From the IMG/VR virus record IMGVR_UViG_2639762987_000002: 64,000 nucleotides of DNA; one strand, 5' to 3'. The translations under genes were made by a program, and so were the position numbers. Position 1 is the stretch's first letter, and each line of letters opens with the position of its first letter. Of the stretch, positions 10,535 through 19,392 are shown piece by piece. The notes below the pieces were generated by a model. The model made no database searches and was not told the DNA's origin. It saw only the letters and a list, made by a program, of their open reading frames with translations. Source of the DNA: a virus (lineage: Duplodnaviria > Heunggongvirae > Uroviricota > Caudoviricetes).

Positions 10535-10765
10535 ATGAAAAGATTATTTCTAACAATAGCTGTTGTTCTCTCTCTTACTGGCTGTCAGAAATTGCCGACA
10601 CCCATATGTTATGGTGAGGCTATCATTGGTGGACAGGAGACAGTCATACCTATATATGCTGTTAAAAAGGTTAACGGCTATACCTTATACAAAGCGGGTA
10701 GCATCTATAACTGGCGATGGGTTGGAGTAGGTGCTTTCTCATCAGTGCGTTGCAATGCTGAATGA
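10535..10765 (+). CDS. Small lipoprotein, candidate receptor-blocking / superinfection-exclusion protein
   Basis: 76 aa; signal peptide MKRLFLTIAVVLSLTGC with lipobox LTGC; lies directly downstream of tail fibre genes. Confidence 0.5.
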   Translation: MKRLFLTIAVVLSLTGCQKLPTPICYGEAIIGGQETVIPIYAVKKVNGYTLYKAGSIYNWRWVGVGAFSSVRCNAE

Positions 10766-10846
10766 TAAGTAAGTACACACCTACAACAAAAGGGTGAAAT
10801 GTGATATAAATCCGCCATCCCGATTTGACTTTTCATGGAGGAAAAC

Positions 10847-11170
10847 ATGTCGAACGAGATGGCGGGCGTTACAACAGAGCAAGTTGAGCGTATTGCCGCG
10901 ATCGTTGCTAGGGAGGTTGTTGGCAAATTAGGTAAAGAGCTACGTGAAGAAATTGGCCAGGAGGTCAATAATCAGCTGAAAACCTACTTTGGTGATATGA
11001 CCCCGGCGCAACATAGTATTCAACACTCCAATCTGGACAAACTCCTTAACCGGTTAGATTCCATCTCCAGTGGGTTCTTTGGCGGCATTGTTTCTAAAAT
11101 AACGTCGTTCATTATTACTGCACTGCTTTTGGGGTTAGCCGCGTATGGCGTAAAAAATGGACTGCAATAA
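10847..11170 (+). CDS. Membrane protein with C-terminal TM helix (possible holin)
   Basis: RBS GGAGGA before ATG 10847 (ORF track begins 10835); single C-terminal hydrophobic helix; first gene of putative lysis cassette. Confidence 0.35.
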   Translation: MSNEMAGVTTEQVERIAAIVAREVVGKLGKELREEIGQEVNNQLKTYFGDMTPAQHSIQHSNLDKLLNRLDSISSGFFGGIVSKITSFIITALLLGLAAYGVKNGLQ

Positions 11171-11183
11171 CAGGAGATCAAGG

Positions 11184-11876
11184 ATGAAGACTCCGAGAGG
11201 CATTCGTAATAATAACCCCGGTAATCTTGATAAAGGATCACCGTGGCAAGGTCTGGTTGCGAATCCAGGCGAACCGCGCTTTTGCACGTTTAAAGACCCT
11301 GTTTGGGGAATTCGTGCGCTGGCGGTGACTCTAATTACCTACCACGACAAACGTCGCGCAAAAGACGGCTCAAGTATCGATACCATTCGTGAAGTTATTG
11401 AACGTTGGGCACCGCCGAATGAAAACAATACTGACGCCTACATTAATGAGGTGTCTAAAGCCGTTGGTGTAACCGCAGACATGATCATCGATCTGCATGA
11501 TTACGACATCCTTCGACCTTTGGTTGAGGCAATCATTCGCCACGAGAATGGCCGAGGCCCGCTAAAAACGCTGAACACCTGGTATGCGGCAGAAGTAATT
11601 GAGGAAGGTCTGCGTCGAGCTGGCGTTGTTAAGCCGGTGAAAACCGTGAAGGCTGTTCCTGTAACTAAAGAAACCGCAGGCGCAACTGTTACAGCAGGTA
11701 TTGGTCTGGCGCAGCTGGCCGATGTTATGCCGCAGGTTTCCGCTGCTATGGATAAAGCACAAGGTCATATCTCTAGCGGGGATACAGTACGCATCATCTT
11801 CGGTATTGCCACTATTGTTGTGGCAGGATTCATTGCCTGGTCGCAGGTAAGAAAACACCAGAAAGGGATGGTCTAA
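11184..11876 (+). CDS. Lysis-cassette protein, putative cell-wall hydrolase with C-terminal membrane anchor
   Basis: RBS CAGGAG before ATG 11184; motif IRNNNPGNL; C-terminal hydrophobic helix; position before spanin pair. Function inferred from context only. Confidence 0.35.
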   Translation: MKTPRGIRNNNPGNLDKGSPWQGLVANPGEPRFCTFKDPVWGIRALAVTLITYHDKRRAKDGSSIDTIREVIERWAPPNENNTDAYINEVSKAVGVTADMIIDLHDYDILRPLVEAIIRHENGRGPLKTLNTWYAAEVIEEGLRRAGVVKPVKTVKAVPVTKETAGATVTAGIGLAQLADVMPQVSAAMDKAQGHISSGDTVRIIFGIATIVVAGFIAWSQVRKHQKGMV

Positions 11877-11877
11877 T

Positions 11878-12129
11878 ATGCTAGGCAGCCTGATGACAAA
11901 GCTAAAAGTTGCTTTGATTACGCTGGCTGCCGTTCTTTTCGTTCTTGTCGGCGCTTACACGATGGGCGGGAATGCGGCGCGACGAGCAATGGAAGAGAAG
12001 GCAAAACAGGAAGACAGAAAACGACTTCAAAGCACAGTGGATGTCAAAAATGAAACGGTTAATGAAGTGCGGCAAAAAGATGCCTCTGGTGTTCATCGCG
12101 AGCTGTTTGATAAATGGGTGCGTGATTAA
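11878..12129 (+). CDS. Putative i-spanin (Rz-like)
   Basis: 83 aa; N-terminal TM helix then charged helical region; an overlapping lipoprotein gene lies in another frame. Confidence 0.5.
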   Translation: MLGSLMTKLKVALITLAAVLFVLVGAYTMGGNAARRAMEEKAKQEDRKRLQSTVDVKNETVNEVRQKDASGVHRELFDKWVRD

Positions 12130-12286
12130 GACGCAGGCTCCAGGCGTGCTATTCTGCGATGCTGCAAATCCTATTTATGTGAGTAGAGAGGATTTTATGA
12201 CTGAGGAAACGGAGCGACAGTTGCTTATCCACAATACGATAGGTGAAAGGCTGTGTGAGTGGGGGGCACCTGAACTGAGTCGATGA
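12050..12286 (+). CDS. Putative o-spanin (Rz1-like lipoprotein), overlapping the i-spanin gene
   Basis: Alternate frame of ORF 11945-12286; signal peptide MKRLMKCGKKMPLVFIAS with lipobox IASC; start codon uncertain (12041 or 12050). Confidence 0.45.
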   Translation: MKRLMKCGKKMPLVFIASCLINGCVIKTQAPGVLFCDAANPIYVSREDFMTEETERQLLIHNTIGERLCEWGAPELSR

Positions 12287-12502
12287 TTGATGAGTGGTCT
12301 CAGTTTACCTTTTATCCTAAAGATGGCATCTTCACTCATATACACGCCTGTTCACTCAAGCTCATGTTGAATCATTTAGTAATTTGATGTAGATTTATTA
12401 GGCATCCACGTAAGTGGGCACATACAGGCTACGCATCCTCGTAGCCTTCAACCCCGAGAGGGGTGCCGCAATGACACTTGTGTTAACGGCTAAGGTGGAC
12501 AC

Positions 12503-12886
12503 ATGCTGAACGAGAAACGTTCTATACAAACTATTCGCGATTGCACGAGTATTATCGAGACTCATGTGCTGAATCAGCACAAGCTTGAAGTACGTAAGCT
12601 CAATAATGACGCTATTGAACCGGAAGACTCACGCTTCATCGTTACCTTCAAAGACGATGTTGAGCGCGCTGGTGCAAGCGTGAAGCCATTAGCTGAAGCA
12701 ATTTACCTGAATGGTCGTGTTCGTTTTGTAGTCAAGCCAGCTAAACAGTACCCTGAGCTGTCTCGTTTTATCGAGGCTTTTTCGGAGGTTATTGAACATT
12801 CTATTCGCCGCTTCTTACGCAATCATGGTAGCATTGTCAGCACGGTTAAGGCTGATGATTCTGCTACAAAATGGCTCCTACACTAG
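12503..12886 (+). CDS. Hypothetical protein
   Basis: 127 aa; overlaps next ORF by 16 nt, suggesting a two-gene operon. Confidence 0.45.
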   Translation: MLNEKRSIQTIRDCTSIIETHVLNQHKLEVRKLNNDAIEPEDSRFIVTFKDDVERAGASVKPLAEAIYLNGRVRFVVKPAKQYPELSRFIEAFSEVIEHSIRRFLRNHGSIVSTVKADDSATKWLLH

Positions 12887-13623
12887 ATAGCGCATATTCA
12901 AAAGATCTAAGCGAGTTTCCTCATAAAGGGGAGACTCGTGTTGTTCGTTTTGGCTTTCTTATCAATGAAGCCTCCCTCTATAAAATCTCAGAAATTGAAA
13001 TCATTGAACCAGAAGATGACATTTGCCTGTATGTCTCTATGGAACTTGTAGGTGCGCGCGACCAAGGCGACCTGAGCGAATTCATCTTAGATCGAGCGGA
13101 TGAAGATGCCCCTGAAGAAGAGATTATCAAAGAGGTGCTCCAGTCCGGGCTTCTGGACGAAAACAAAAATACGATCGCTGGTAGGATAGCTCTGCGTGAA
13201 TATAGTTTTGTTGAAGACGGTAATGAGATCGAATGTTACCAGGTAGCCGGTGTCGAAACTGTCAGAGAGCGTCGTCAGCGAGGATTGTGTCACCGTACCT
13301 ATCTCTTTCTTCTTCATTGGTATGAGCATTTAGTCTGCGACGATACACAAACCATTCCTGGTGCTAAGATCTGGGCAGGGCCTCTCATGCGAACCGGCGA
13401 TGTGCGTATATACAATGCCAAAACAGAAACGTTCGAGGATGTGTTAGGTGAGTACGGGATGGGGAAAGAAACCGGATTTTTGCCGTGGAACAGAGGATTG
13501 TTGCTTGATGCAGAGTTAAGCTCTTGGCTCCCAAACAAAGTGCAAGTTAACGTTCAGAAATTTATCGTACTTATCATCTCCCGCAAAACAAGAACTCCAG
13601 TAGGTTTATACCTAAAAGATTAA
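12871..13623 (+). CDS. Hypothetical protein
   Basis: 250 aa, acidic N-terminal half; followed by a terminator. Confidence 0.5.
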   Translation: MAPTLDSAYSKDLSEFPHKGETRVVRFGFLINEASLYKISEIEIIEPEDDICLYVSMELVGARDQGDLSEFILDRADEDAPEEEIIKEVLQSGLLDENKNTIAGRIALREYSFVEDGNEIECYQVAGVETVRERRQRGLCHRTYLFLLHWYEHLVCDDTQTIPGAKIWAGPLMRTGDVRIYNAKTETFEDVLGEYGMGKETGFLPWNRGLLLDAELSSWLPNKVQVNVQKFIVLIISRKTRTPVGLYLKD

Positions 13624-13628
13624 AAATC

Positions 13629-13651
13629 AGGCGACTTTGGTCGCCTTTTTT
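13629..13651 (+). terminator. Rho-independent terminator
   Basis: AGGCGAC-TTTG-GTCGCCT hairpin followed by TTTTT. Confidence 0.8.
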
Positions 13652-13751
13652 GTTAACAGCCATTGATTCTCGCCTAAAAATTCTAAGGCAGCACCTACCA
13701 TTTAACCTTTACACCACAGCCGTAGGCATTTAGGCTATATCACATATAAGA

Positions 13752-13764
13752 AAACAAGTTGTTT
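13752..13764. promoter_or_regulatory. Palindrome AAACAAgTTGTTT upstream of parA (operator-like)
   Basis: 13-bp palindrome AAACAA-N-TTGTTT; similar sites at 16682, 28267, 40681, 54203. Confidence 0.45.
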
Positions 13765-13799
13765 CAGACGATAATTATATACGCAAAGGGAACTCTCCA

Positions 13800-14468
13800 A
13801 TGACCAAGATCTTTGTGGTTGGCGGCACAAAGGGCGGGCCTGGCAAATCCACCGTTGCCCAGCAAATTGCCGTTTGCCTGAAAGTCAAAAAGAAGAAGAA
13901 GGTTTATATCACTGATATAGATATTCAGCGCACGACAACAAGCTGGTGTGAAGACCGTCGACAGAACGAAGACCTTGAGCTGATTCCTTTTGCATACGTT
14001 CAGGATGACATCATTAAGCACCTAAAATCGCTTCAGGGTAGAGCTGAGTTTGTAGTGGTAGATGCTGGTGGCTTCGACTCCGAAATTCAGCGACAAGCGA
14101 TGCTGATGGCTGACGTTATCATTATCCCGCTGCGTCCTAAGCGTCGTGATTTGAAATCTTTACGTGACATCGATCCTATTATCGACAATGTTCGCAATGT
14201 AAACGATAAAGTGAAGGTCCGCGCGGTCATGAACCAGTGCCCGGCTTTGCCATCACAAGTGTCTCGCATTCTGGCGGCTAAAGAGATTGTTGAGACGTTT
14301 GGCATCGAGTCTGCGCCAGTCAATCTATATAACCGCAACGTCTATGATGATGCGGAAGAGTCTGGTCGTTCTATCTTTGAAATGACCGGTAGCGAGCGCG
14401 ACAAAAAGGCGGAAGCCGAGTTTGAAGAATTTGTAGATTATCTGTTGAGTCTGGAGGAAGAAGAATAA
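13800..14468 (+). CDS. parA: ParA-family partition ATPase
   Basis: Deviant Walker A GGTKGGPGKST at N-terminus; 222 aa; followed by a small RHH-like gene. Confidence 0.75.
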   Translation: MTKIFVVGGTKGGPGKSTVAQQIAVCLKVKKKKKVYITDIDIQRTTTSWCEDRRQNEDLELIPFAYVQDDIIKHLKSLQGRAEFVVVDAGGFDSEIQRQAMLMADVIIIPLRPKRRDLKSLRDIDPIIDNVRNVNDKVKVRAVMNQCPALPSQVSRILAAKEIVETFGIESAPVNLYNRNVYDDAEESGRSIFEMTGSERDKKAEAEFEEFVDYLLSLEEEE

Positions 14469-14827
14469 TGTCCATGAAAATGGGTGACCTAGCAAAGCGC
14501 AAAGAGCCTGATGCACCGGCTAAGAACACAACTCCTTTGCGCCAACCAGTCAGACCACAGGGACGCCCGACTCGTGGCAAAGAGAAAATTAAAAGCCGCA
14601 CAATGTCACTGGAGGACGAATACTTCGAACTGCTGGAGATGATGAAGTTCATCCCTCGCTTCGAGAAGTTCACTCGTTCTGACGTGATTCGAGCAGCCAT
14701 TTTCCATCTGGCAGAGAAGTCACCGCAGGAAATCGAGGACATCGTGAAATTGAATGAGGCGATCACCGCTGCCGATGTCACGATGCGTACCGATGAAATT
14801 AAACGAGAGTTGATGAAGAAAGGTTAA
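14468..14827 (+). CDS. Putative centromere-binding protein (ParG/RHH-like)
   Basis: 119 aa; basic disordered N-terminus, C-terminal strand-helix-helix-like region; start overlaps parA stop. Confidence 0.4.
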   Translation: MSMKMGDLAKRKEPDAPAKNTTPLRQPVRPQGRPTRGKEKIKSRTMSLEDEYFELLEMMKFIPRFEKFTRSDVIRAAIFHLAEKSPQEIEDIVKLNEAITAADVTMRTDEIKRELMKKG

Positions 14828-14828
14828 A

Positions 14829-14865
14829 AGTTATGCATTGGCGCAATGTACGCGCCAATGCATAA
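14829..14865. other. Perfect 15-bp inverted repeat between convergent genes
   Basis: GTTATGCATTGGCGC-aatgtac-GCGCCAATGCATAAC; no T-run; terminator or protein-binding site. Confidence 0.5.
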
Positions 14866-14879
14866 CTACAGTGTCAGCT

Positions 14880-15647
14880 TTATGCCGCGCTAACACTATG
14901 TTCAGTCCTAACCACCCCAACCTTCACAAAAGGGCTACCGTAGCTTGGTGGCTTCTTGATTAATTTGCCTACATACAGTTTTCTAATATGCTCATCGGCT
15001 ATTCTGCCAACAAATTCATAACGTTTTGTGTCGGGGCCAAGAGCTATATCCCTTGTAAAGTACTGCTGAGAACCGGCTTTGACCCAGCATTCAATCTGAT
15101 AAACTTCCATTATCAGCCCACCATATGTAGCGTAGGCATATTTGAGATTCTCGTCTCTTGGAACCTTTGCCCATACGCCACGCGTAGCTTCATATAATGC
15201 CAGAGCGGACATTCCTGACTTGTAGGTGCTGTTTAGCAGGAAGGCAAGACCGGCGTGCTCAGGAGCAATTTCAGTTTCCTCTTGCAGCACTAAGTGATGG
15301 TAGGCGTCCAGTGATATTCTGCCCATCATGGAACCACTTCCTCGTACCTTATTCGTAAGCTCTCCGACCCCCATAAGGTCGATGCATGTCGCCTCAACAA
15401 GTTTGGCTGTGGTTTCATCCATACCATGACGAAGTATATCTATGCCTAATTTTTTATTAGCCAAAAGTTCTTTGATCCGCATGGATTTGGGAGAGTCATC
15501 GGGATACTTGATGTGATCGAGACAACGAGTCGATTTGCCTTTTCCTATGTAAAACGGTCTTTTCATCTTGTCTTCTGTATCATAGAGACAGTAAACATAG
15601 TATTTAGCCTTATCCAATGATCTCGCGTATACCGATAAATCGTCCAT
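14880..15647 (-). CDS. GIY-YIG family nuclease
   Basis: 255 aa on minus strand; N-terminal YYVYCLYD...PFYIGKGKSTR matches the GIY-YIG motif; C-terminal domain unassigned. Confidence 0.6.
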   Translation of the reverse strand: MDDLSVYARSLDKAKYYVYCLYDTEDKMKRPFYIGKGKSTRCLDHIKYPDDSPKSMRIKELLANKKLGIDILRHGMDETTAKLVEATCIDLMGVGELTNKVRGSGSMMGRISLDAYHHLVLQEETEIAPEHAGLAFLLNSTYKSGMSALALYEATRGVWAKVPRDENLKYAYATYGGLIMEVYQIECWVKAGSQQYFTRDIALGPDTKRYEFVGRIADEHIRKLYVGKLIKKPPSYGSPFVKVGVVRTEHSVSAA

Positions 15648-15765
15648 TATTGCATCTCTTTGCTACTGACTAATGCGTTCTATTTTACACATAAGTTTTT
15701 AATCAATTTAACAGGCTCAAAGTGTAGAGCTTCTGGGCGTCTAAGACGACAAGTTATGCCTGTTT

Positions 15766-15822
15766 CTGTATATATAAATAATAAGTAACTTATTAAATAT
15801 ATACGGAAGCAGGTCTTTTAAA
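15766..15822. promoter_or_regulatory. AT-rich element with TATAAATA core flanked by imperfect inverted repeats (copy A)
   Basis: CTGTATATATAAATAA...TATACGGAAG(C)AGG; second copy at 61957-62015; lies in divergent intergenic region. Confidence 0.4.
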
Positions 15823-15929
15823 AGACACCACCAGAACAACTCCCTTCCGTTTCCACTTCCAAAAACTGCCACCAGTCGCTATCATCCGCTCATTGTGATA
15901 AGTAAGTAACTACCTACCAGGTGAGCCAC

Positions 15930-16670
15930 ATGAGCCAAATCTTTTTCGATACCATCGACAACGACCAGTACGACTTCATGACAGAGTGGAATACCGCTGT
16001 TATGGACAAGTGGGTCGCTGAAAACATTGGTTTGTCGCGCTGTAAAGACGAGGCTGAACTCTTCGAGACGAAGTGGTTTGATTACCGCGACATGCATCCT
16101 CTCATGGCCACCTGTCTTTTTACGGAGGCATACAAACGTCAGTACTCAAATATCATGCTGACGCACGGTCGCGAACACTTTGAAACAGCTCCGTTCACCA
16201 CCGGGTTAAAACGCCTGCCTTATCAGGAGTTGTCGACTGCCAATAAAACGTCGCTATGGAAAGCACGCCAGTTTGCGGATCGCTATTGCTGCTCATACGA
16301 CTACTTTATCTCCACCGTTCTTTCCGCAGCTGCACGACGGCTGTGGGACAAGCTGCCGCGCCCACAGCATTTGTGGCAGCCAGAACTGATTGAGATATTT
16401 GAAGAGAAATTAGCCAGACGCGCAACAACCCGTCTGGATGACTCTCTGGTTAGCTTTAAGCATATGGGAGACATGCAGTTCAACCCGATTCAGGAAAGCT
16501 ATTTTGAGTGGATTCTGGAGCGTTTGCGCACCATCCCTCGCAGCAAGCGCATACGCGCAATTTTCTCCGCTATCTGGCTAATGGAAATCGTTCCAGAGCG
16601 CCTTATTTCCGCCCACTTTCCAGAAGAACTGGAAGAAGCACGGCGGTTTATTGATCCCCTATCTAATTAA
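15930..16670 (+). CDS. Hypothetical protein
   Basis: RBS AGGTGAG before ATG 15930 (ORF track begins GTG 15921); no motif recognised. Confidence 0.5.
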   Translation: MSQIFFDTIDNDQYDFMTEWNTAVMDKWVAENIGLSRCKDEAELFETKWFDYRDMHPLMATCLFTEAYKRQYSNIMLTHGREHFETAPFTTGLKRLPYQELSTANKTSLWKARQFADRYCCSYDYFISTVLSAAARRLWDKLPRPQHLWQPELIEIFEEKLARRATTRLDDSLVSFKHMGDMQFNPIQESYFEWILERLRTIPRSKRIRAIFSAIWLMEIVPERLISAHFPEELEEARRFIDPLSN

Positions 16671-16681
16671 CTAATACTAGA

Positions 16682-16694
16682 AAACAATTTGTTT
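16682..16694. promoter_or_regulatory. Palindrome AAACAAtTTGTTT upstream of helicase gene
   Basis: Perfect half-sites AAACAA/TTGTTT 20 nt upstream of the ATG. Confidence 0.45.
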
Positions 16695-16713
16695 AAAAAA
16701 CAAAGGAAAGCAC

Positions 16714-18054
16714 ATGACCGAACTTTGCCATACAGGACGCGGGCTGTCCGAAGAGTTTGATGAAGATTTCCAGAACAGACTGACGGCATATTTTTGTCGT
16801 GATCACGAGTTTCTTACTCGTGCGGGAGATCTGGTTGTGCCTAGCCAGTTTGCCAATGCGGCCAATGCCATATTGGTTAATATGGTTTCGGGCTATTACC
16901 GTATGTACAAGAGCGCGCCCTCTTCATCTGCAATTCTGGATATGCTTAAGCGTGCGAAACGCGATAAGACTATCCGTGAGGAACTATTCGCCGATGTTGT
17001 TGCTGCGTTTAAGCGCATTCTTGCAGAAAAATTGTCCGATACCTCGTACATGGTTGACCAGGTATCAACCTTCGCAAAAAGTGTAGCGTTTGATGATGCT
17101 CTGATTAAGGCTGCTGAACTGAAAGAGAAAGGCGACTTTCAGGGGGCGATGGCAATCATGGCCAAGGTTCAGCAGATTGGATCGAACGAAGCGACCGGAA
17201 TCTATGACTACTACACCTCCGCAAGTGAGCGATTGAAAGCGCGTGAATATGAGGCTTCAGAGGAGTATGTACCAAACAGTATTACAACTGGACTCCCTCT
17301 TCTCGATAGGTTGCTGTACCAAAAAGGCTGGGCAAAGCGCGAAATGGTGCTCTTCATGGGGTTCGCTAAATCCGGTAAATCGACCGCAATGGGTGAGTTT
17401 TCCATAAACGCAACGCTTGCTGGCTACAATGTTCTGTATCTCTCGCTGGAGGTTCACACCACCATTTTATCCGACCGTTTTGATGCAAGATTGTCGGAGA
17501 CAGAAATGTCCAAGCTGGTGGAACGGCGCGATGAGGTTCATCGTAAGTTGGCAGAGTTGGGAGCCACGAAGGGGATTGGTAGTTTGTGGGTGGTTGAGCG
17601 TCCGTCAGGAAGTATGTCACCGGCAGATCTGGACCGTATGCTTAACAGCATGAAAGCCAACGGCATGGTACCTGACATGGTTGTTGTCGACTACGCAGAT
17701 TTGATGCGTGCCAGTTATGACCTTCGTGATGATCGCGCCAACATTCGTAGTATCTACACCGATTTACGTGCTCTTTATGACAAGCATAACGTTGCTGGGA
17801 TCACGGCATCGCAGACAAACCGTGAAGGTGGCGCGTCAGAAGTTGCCACAATGATGCACGCTGCCGACAACATCGAAAAAGTACGTATTGCTGACCTGGT
17901 AATAACGATCAACAAAACCGAAGAAGAAGAAGCGAAAGGAGAGGCTCGTCTCTACTTTGCCGGTTCACGTAACCAGCAGGGAGGGATCAGCATTCGCGTT
18001 AAACAAAACCTCGAACAAATGCGCTTCATTGAGCGAATCTTAGACGTTACCTAA
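16714..18054 (+). CDS. Replicative DNA helicase (DnaB-like, RecA-fold)
   Basis: 446 aa; Walker A GFAKSGKST, Walker B-like VVVDYADLM; adjacent to primase. Confidence 0.6.
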   Translation: MTELCHTGRGLSEEFDEDFQNRLTAYFCRDHEFLTRAGDLVVPSQFANAANAILVNMVSGYYRMYKSAPSSSAILDMLKRAKRDKTIREELFADVVAAFKRILAEKLSDTSYMVDQVSTFAKSVAFDDALIKAAELKEKGDFQGAMAIMAKVQQIGSNEATGIYDYYTSASERLKAREYEASEEYVPNSITTGLPLLDRLLYQKGWAKREMVLFMGFAKSGKSTAMGEFSINATLAGYNVLYLSLEVHTTILSDRFDARLSETEMSKLVERRDEVHRKLAELGATKGIGSLWVVERPSGSMSPADLDRMLNSMKANGMVPDMVVVDYADLMRASYDLRDDRANIRSIYTDLRALYDKHNVAGITASQTNREGGASEVATMMHAADNIEKVRIADLVITINKTEEEEAKGEARLYFAGSRNQQGGISIRVKQNLEQMRFIERILDVT

Positions 18055-18135
18055 AAAATAAGCGTGGAGAACACCTCCACGCTTGATTCATTGGTGAAAC
18101 AACTTTTCTTTTGCCAAACCACAAAAGAAAAACAC

Positions 18136-19317
18136 ATGAGCCTTTATGTTATATCAACATTTAGGTTGGTCACAATATTGCCTGTTAAAAGTGGAATTAT
18201 CGTGAGCGAGCTGAAAGAGCTAATTACCGAATTAGATTTTGAACAATGGTTGGATACTGAAGGTATCGTTTATCGACGTGGAGGCGTGAGTACTCGCGGT
18301 CGTGAAGTGAATATCAAGGAGTGTCCGGTATGCGGCAGCTCCAACTGGAAGGTATATTTCAATCTGACCAGTGGCGTCGGTAAATGCTTCGCTGGTGATC
18401 ATCCCGAAGAGATTCAGTTCAATAAGCTGGTCTTCCTCAAGCACTACAGCGGCAAATCACGACGACAGTTCGAGGAATATGTGCAGAACGCCCTTCTTTC
18501 CCAGGGGTGGGCACCAAAGAAAGAAGAGCTAGTGCTTGCAAGCACAGTCGAGTTAGAGGAGCCAGTTGCACTCCCTCGTCATTACGAGCTTCCTATAGAT
18601 GGCCGTCTTCCAGACTATCTGGTTGAACGAAACATATCGCCTGAAATGGCAAAGTATTTTGACCTACGATACTGCGTCGAAGGCAAGCACGCCTATGTAG
18701 ATCCGTATACAGATCAGGTTAAAGGACAGATATTCGATATGCGAATACTGATACCGGTTTACGATCTGGATGGGGTAATGAAGACATTTCAGGGACGAGA
18801 CATTACCGGTACAGCAGAACGCCGCTACCTCTTTCCTATGCAACTTCCAGCTTCAGGTAAGTTTCTCTACAACGGCCATAATGCAGTCGGCAAACAGACT
18901 GTAGTTGTCTGTGAGGGGGCGTTCGATGTTATGGGGGTTAAACGAGCTATTTTTGACGAAGAAACATTACGTGATTACGTGGAACCAATAGGAACGTTCG
19001 GGATGCATCTATCTGGTAACACCACTCAGGATGCAGAAGATCAGTTAGGCGCGTTCCTGACGCTCAAGGCGCGTGGATTACGTAATGTGATCATGATGTG
19101 GGATAGTGAAAAGCAAGCTATACGCAACACGATGGCCGCAGCCAGGCGACTGACCAGTATCGGTCTTAATGTCAAAGTTGCGTGTTTGGGTGAGGAAGGA
19201 CTCGACCCGGGCGGTGCAACGCCAGAACAAATTATCAAAGCCTATTATCGGGCAAAACCGTATACCAAACAGTTGGAGTTGCAAAGCAAGGTTTTGGGCA
19301 TTAAGGCTCTATCATAA
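18136..19317 (+). CDS. DNA primase (DnaG-like zinc finger + TOPRIM)
   Basis: ATG 18136 preceded by AAAAGAAAAACACATG; CPVCGSS...GKCFAGDH zinc motif; VVVCEGAFDVMG and MMWDSEKQ TOPRIM-like motifs. Confidence 0.7.
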   Translation: MSLYVISTFRLVTILPVKSGIIVSELKELITELDFEQWLDTEGIVYRRGGVSTRGREVNIKECPVCGSSNWKVYFNLTSGVGKCFAGDHPEEIQFNKLVFLKHYSGKSRRQFEEYVQNALLSQGWAPKKEELVLASTVELEEPVALPRHYELPIDGRLPDYLVERNISPEMAKYFDLRYCVEGKHAYVDPYTDQVKGQIFDMRILIPVYDLDGVMKTFQGRDITGTAERRYLFPMQLPASGKFLYNGHNAVGKQTVVVCEGAFDVMGVKRAIFDEETLRDYVEPIGTFGMHLSGNTTQDAEDQLGAFLTLKARGLRNVIMMWDSEKQAIRNTMAAARRLTSIGLNVKVACLGEEGLDPGGATPEQIIKAYYRAKPYTKQLELQSKVLGIKALS

Positions 19318-19392
19318 CAATCACCTTTAAAATAAGTAGATGATTACTTATCTTTCTGTGAGAATACTTTCATCTGTTAGCTAGGAGTTGGT

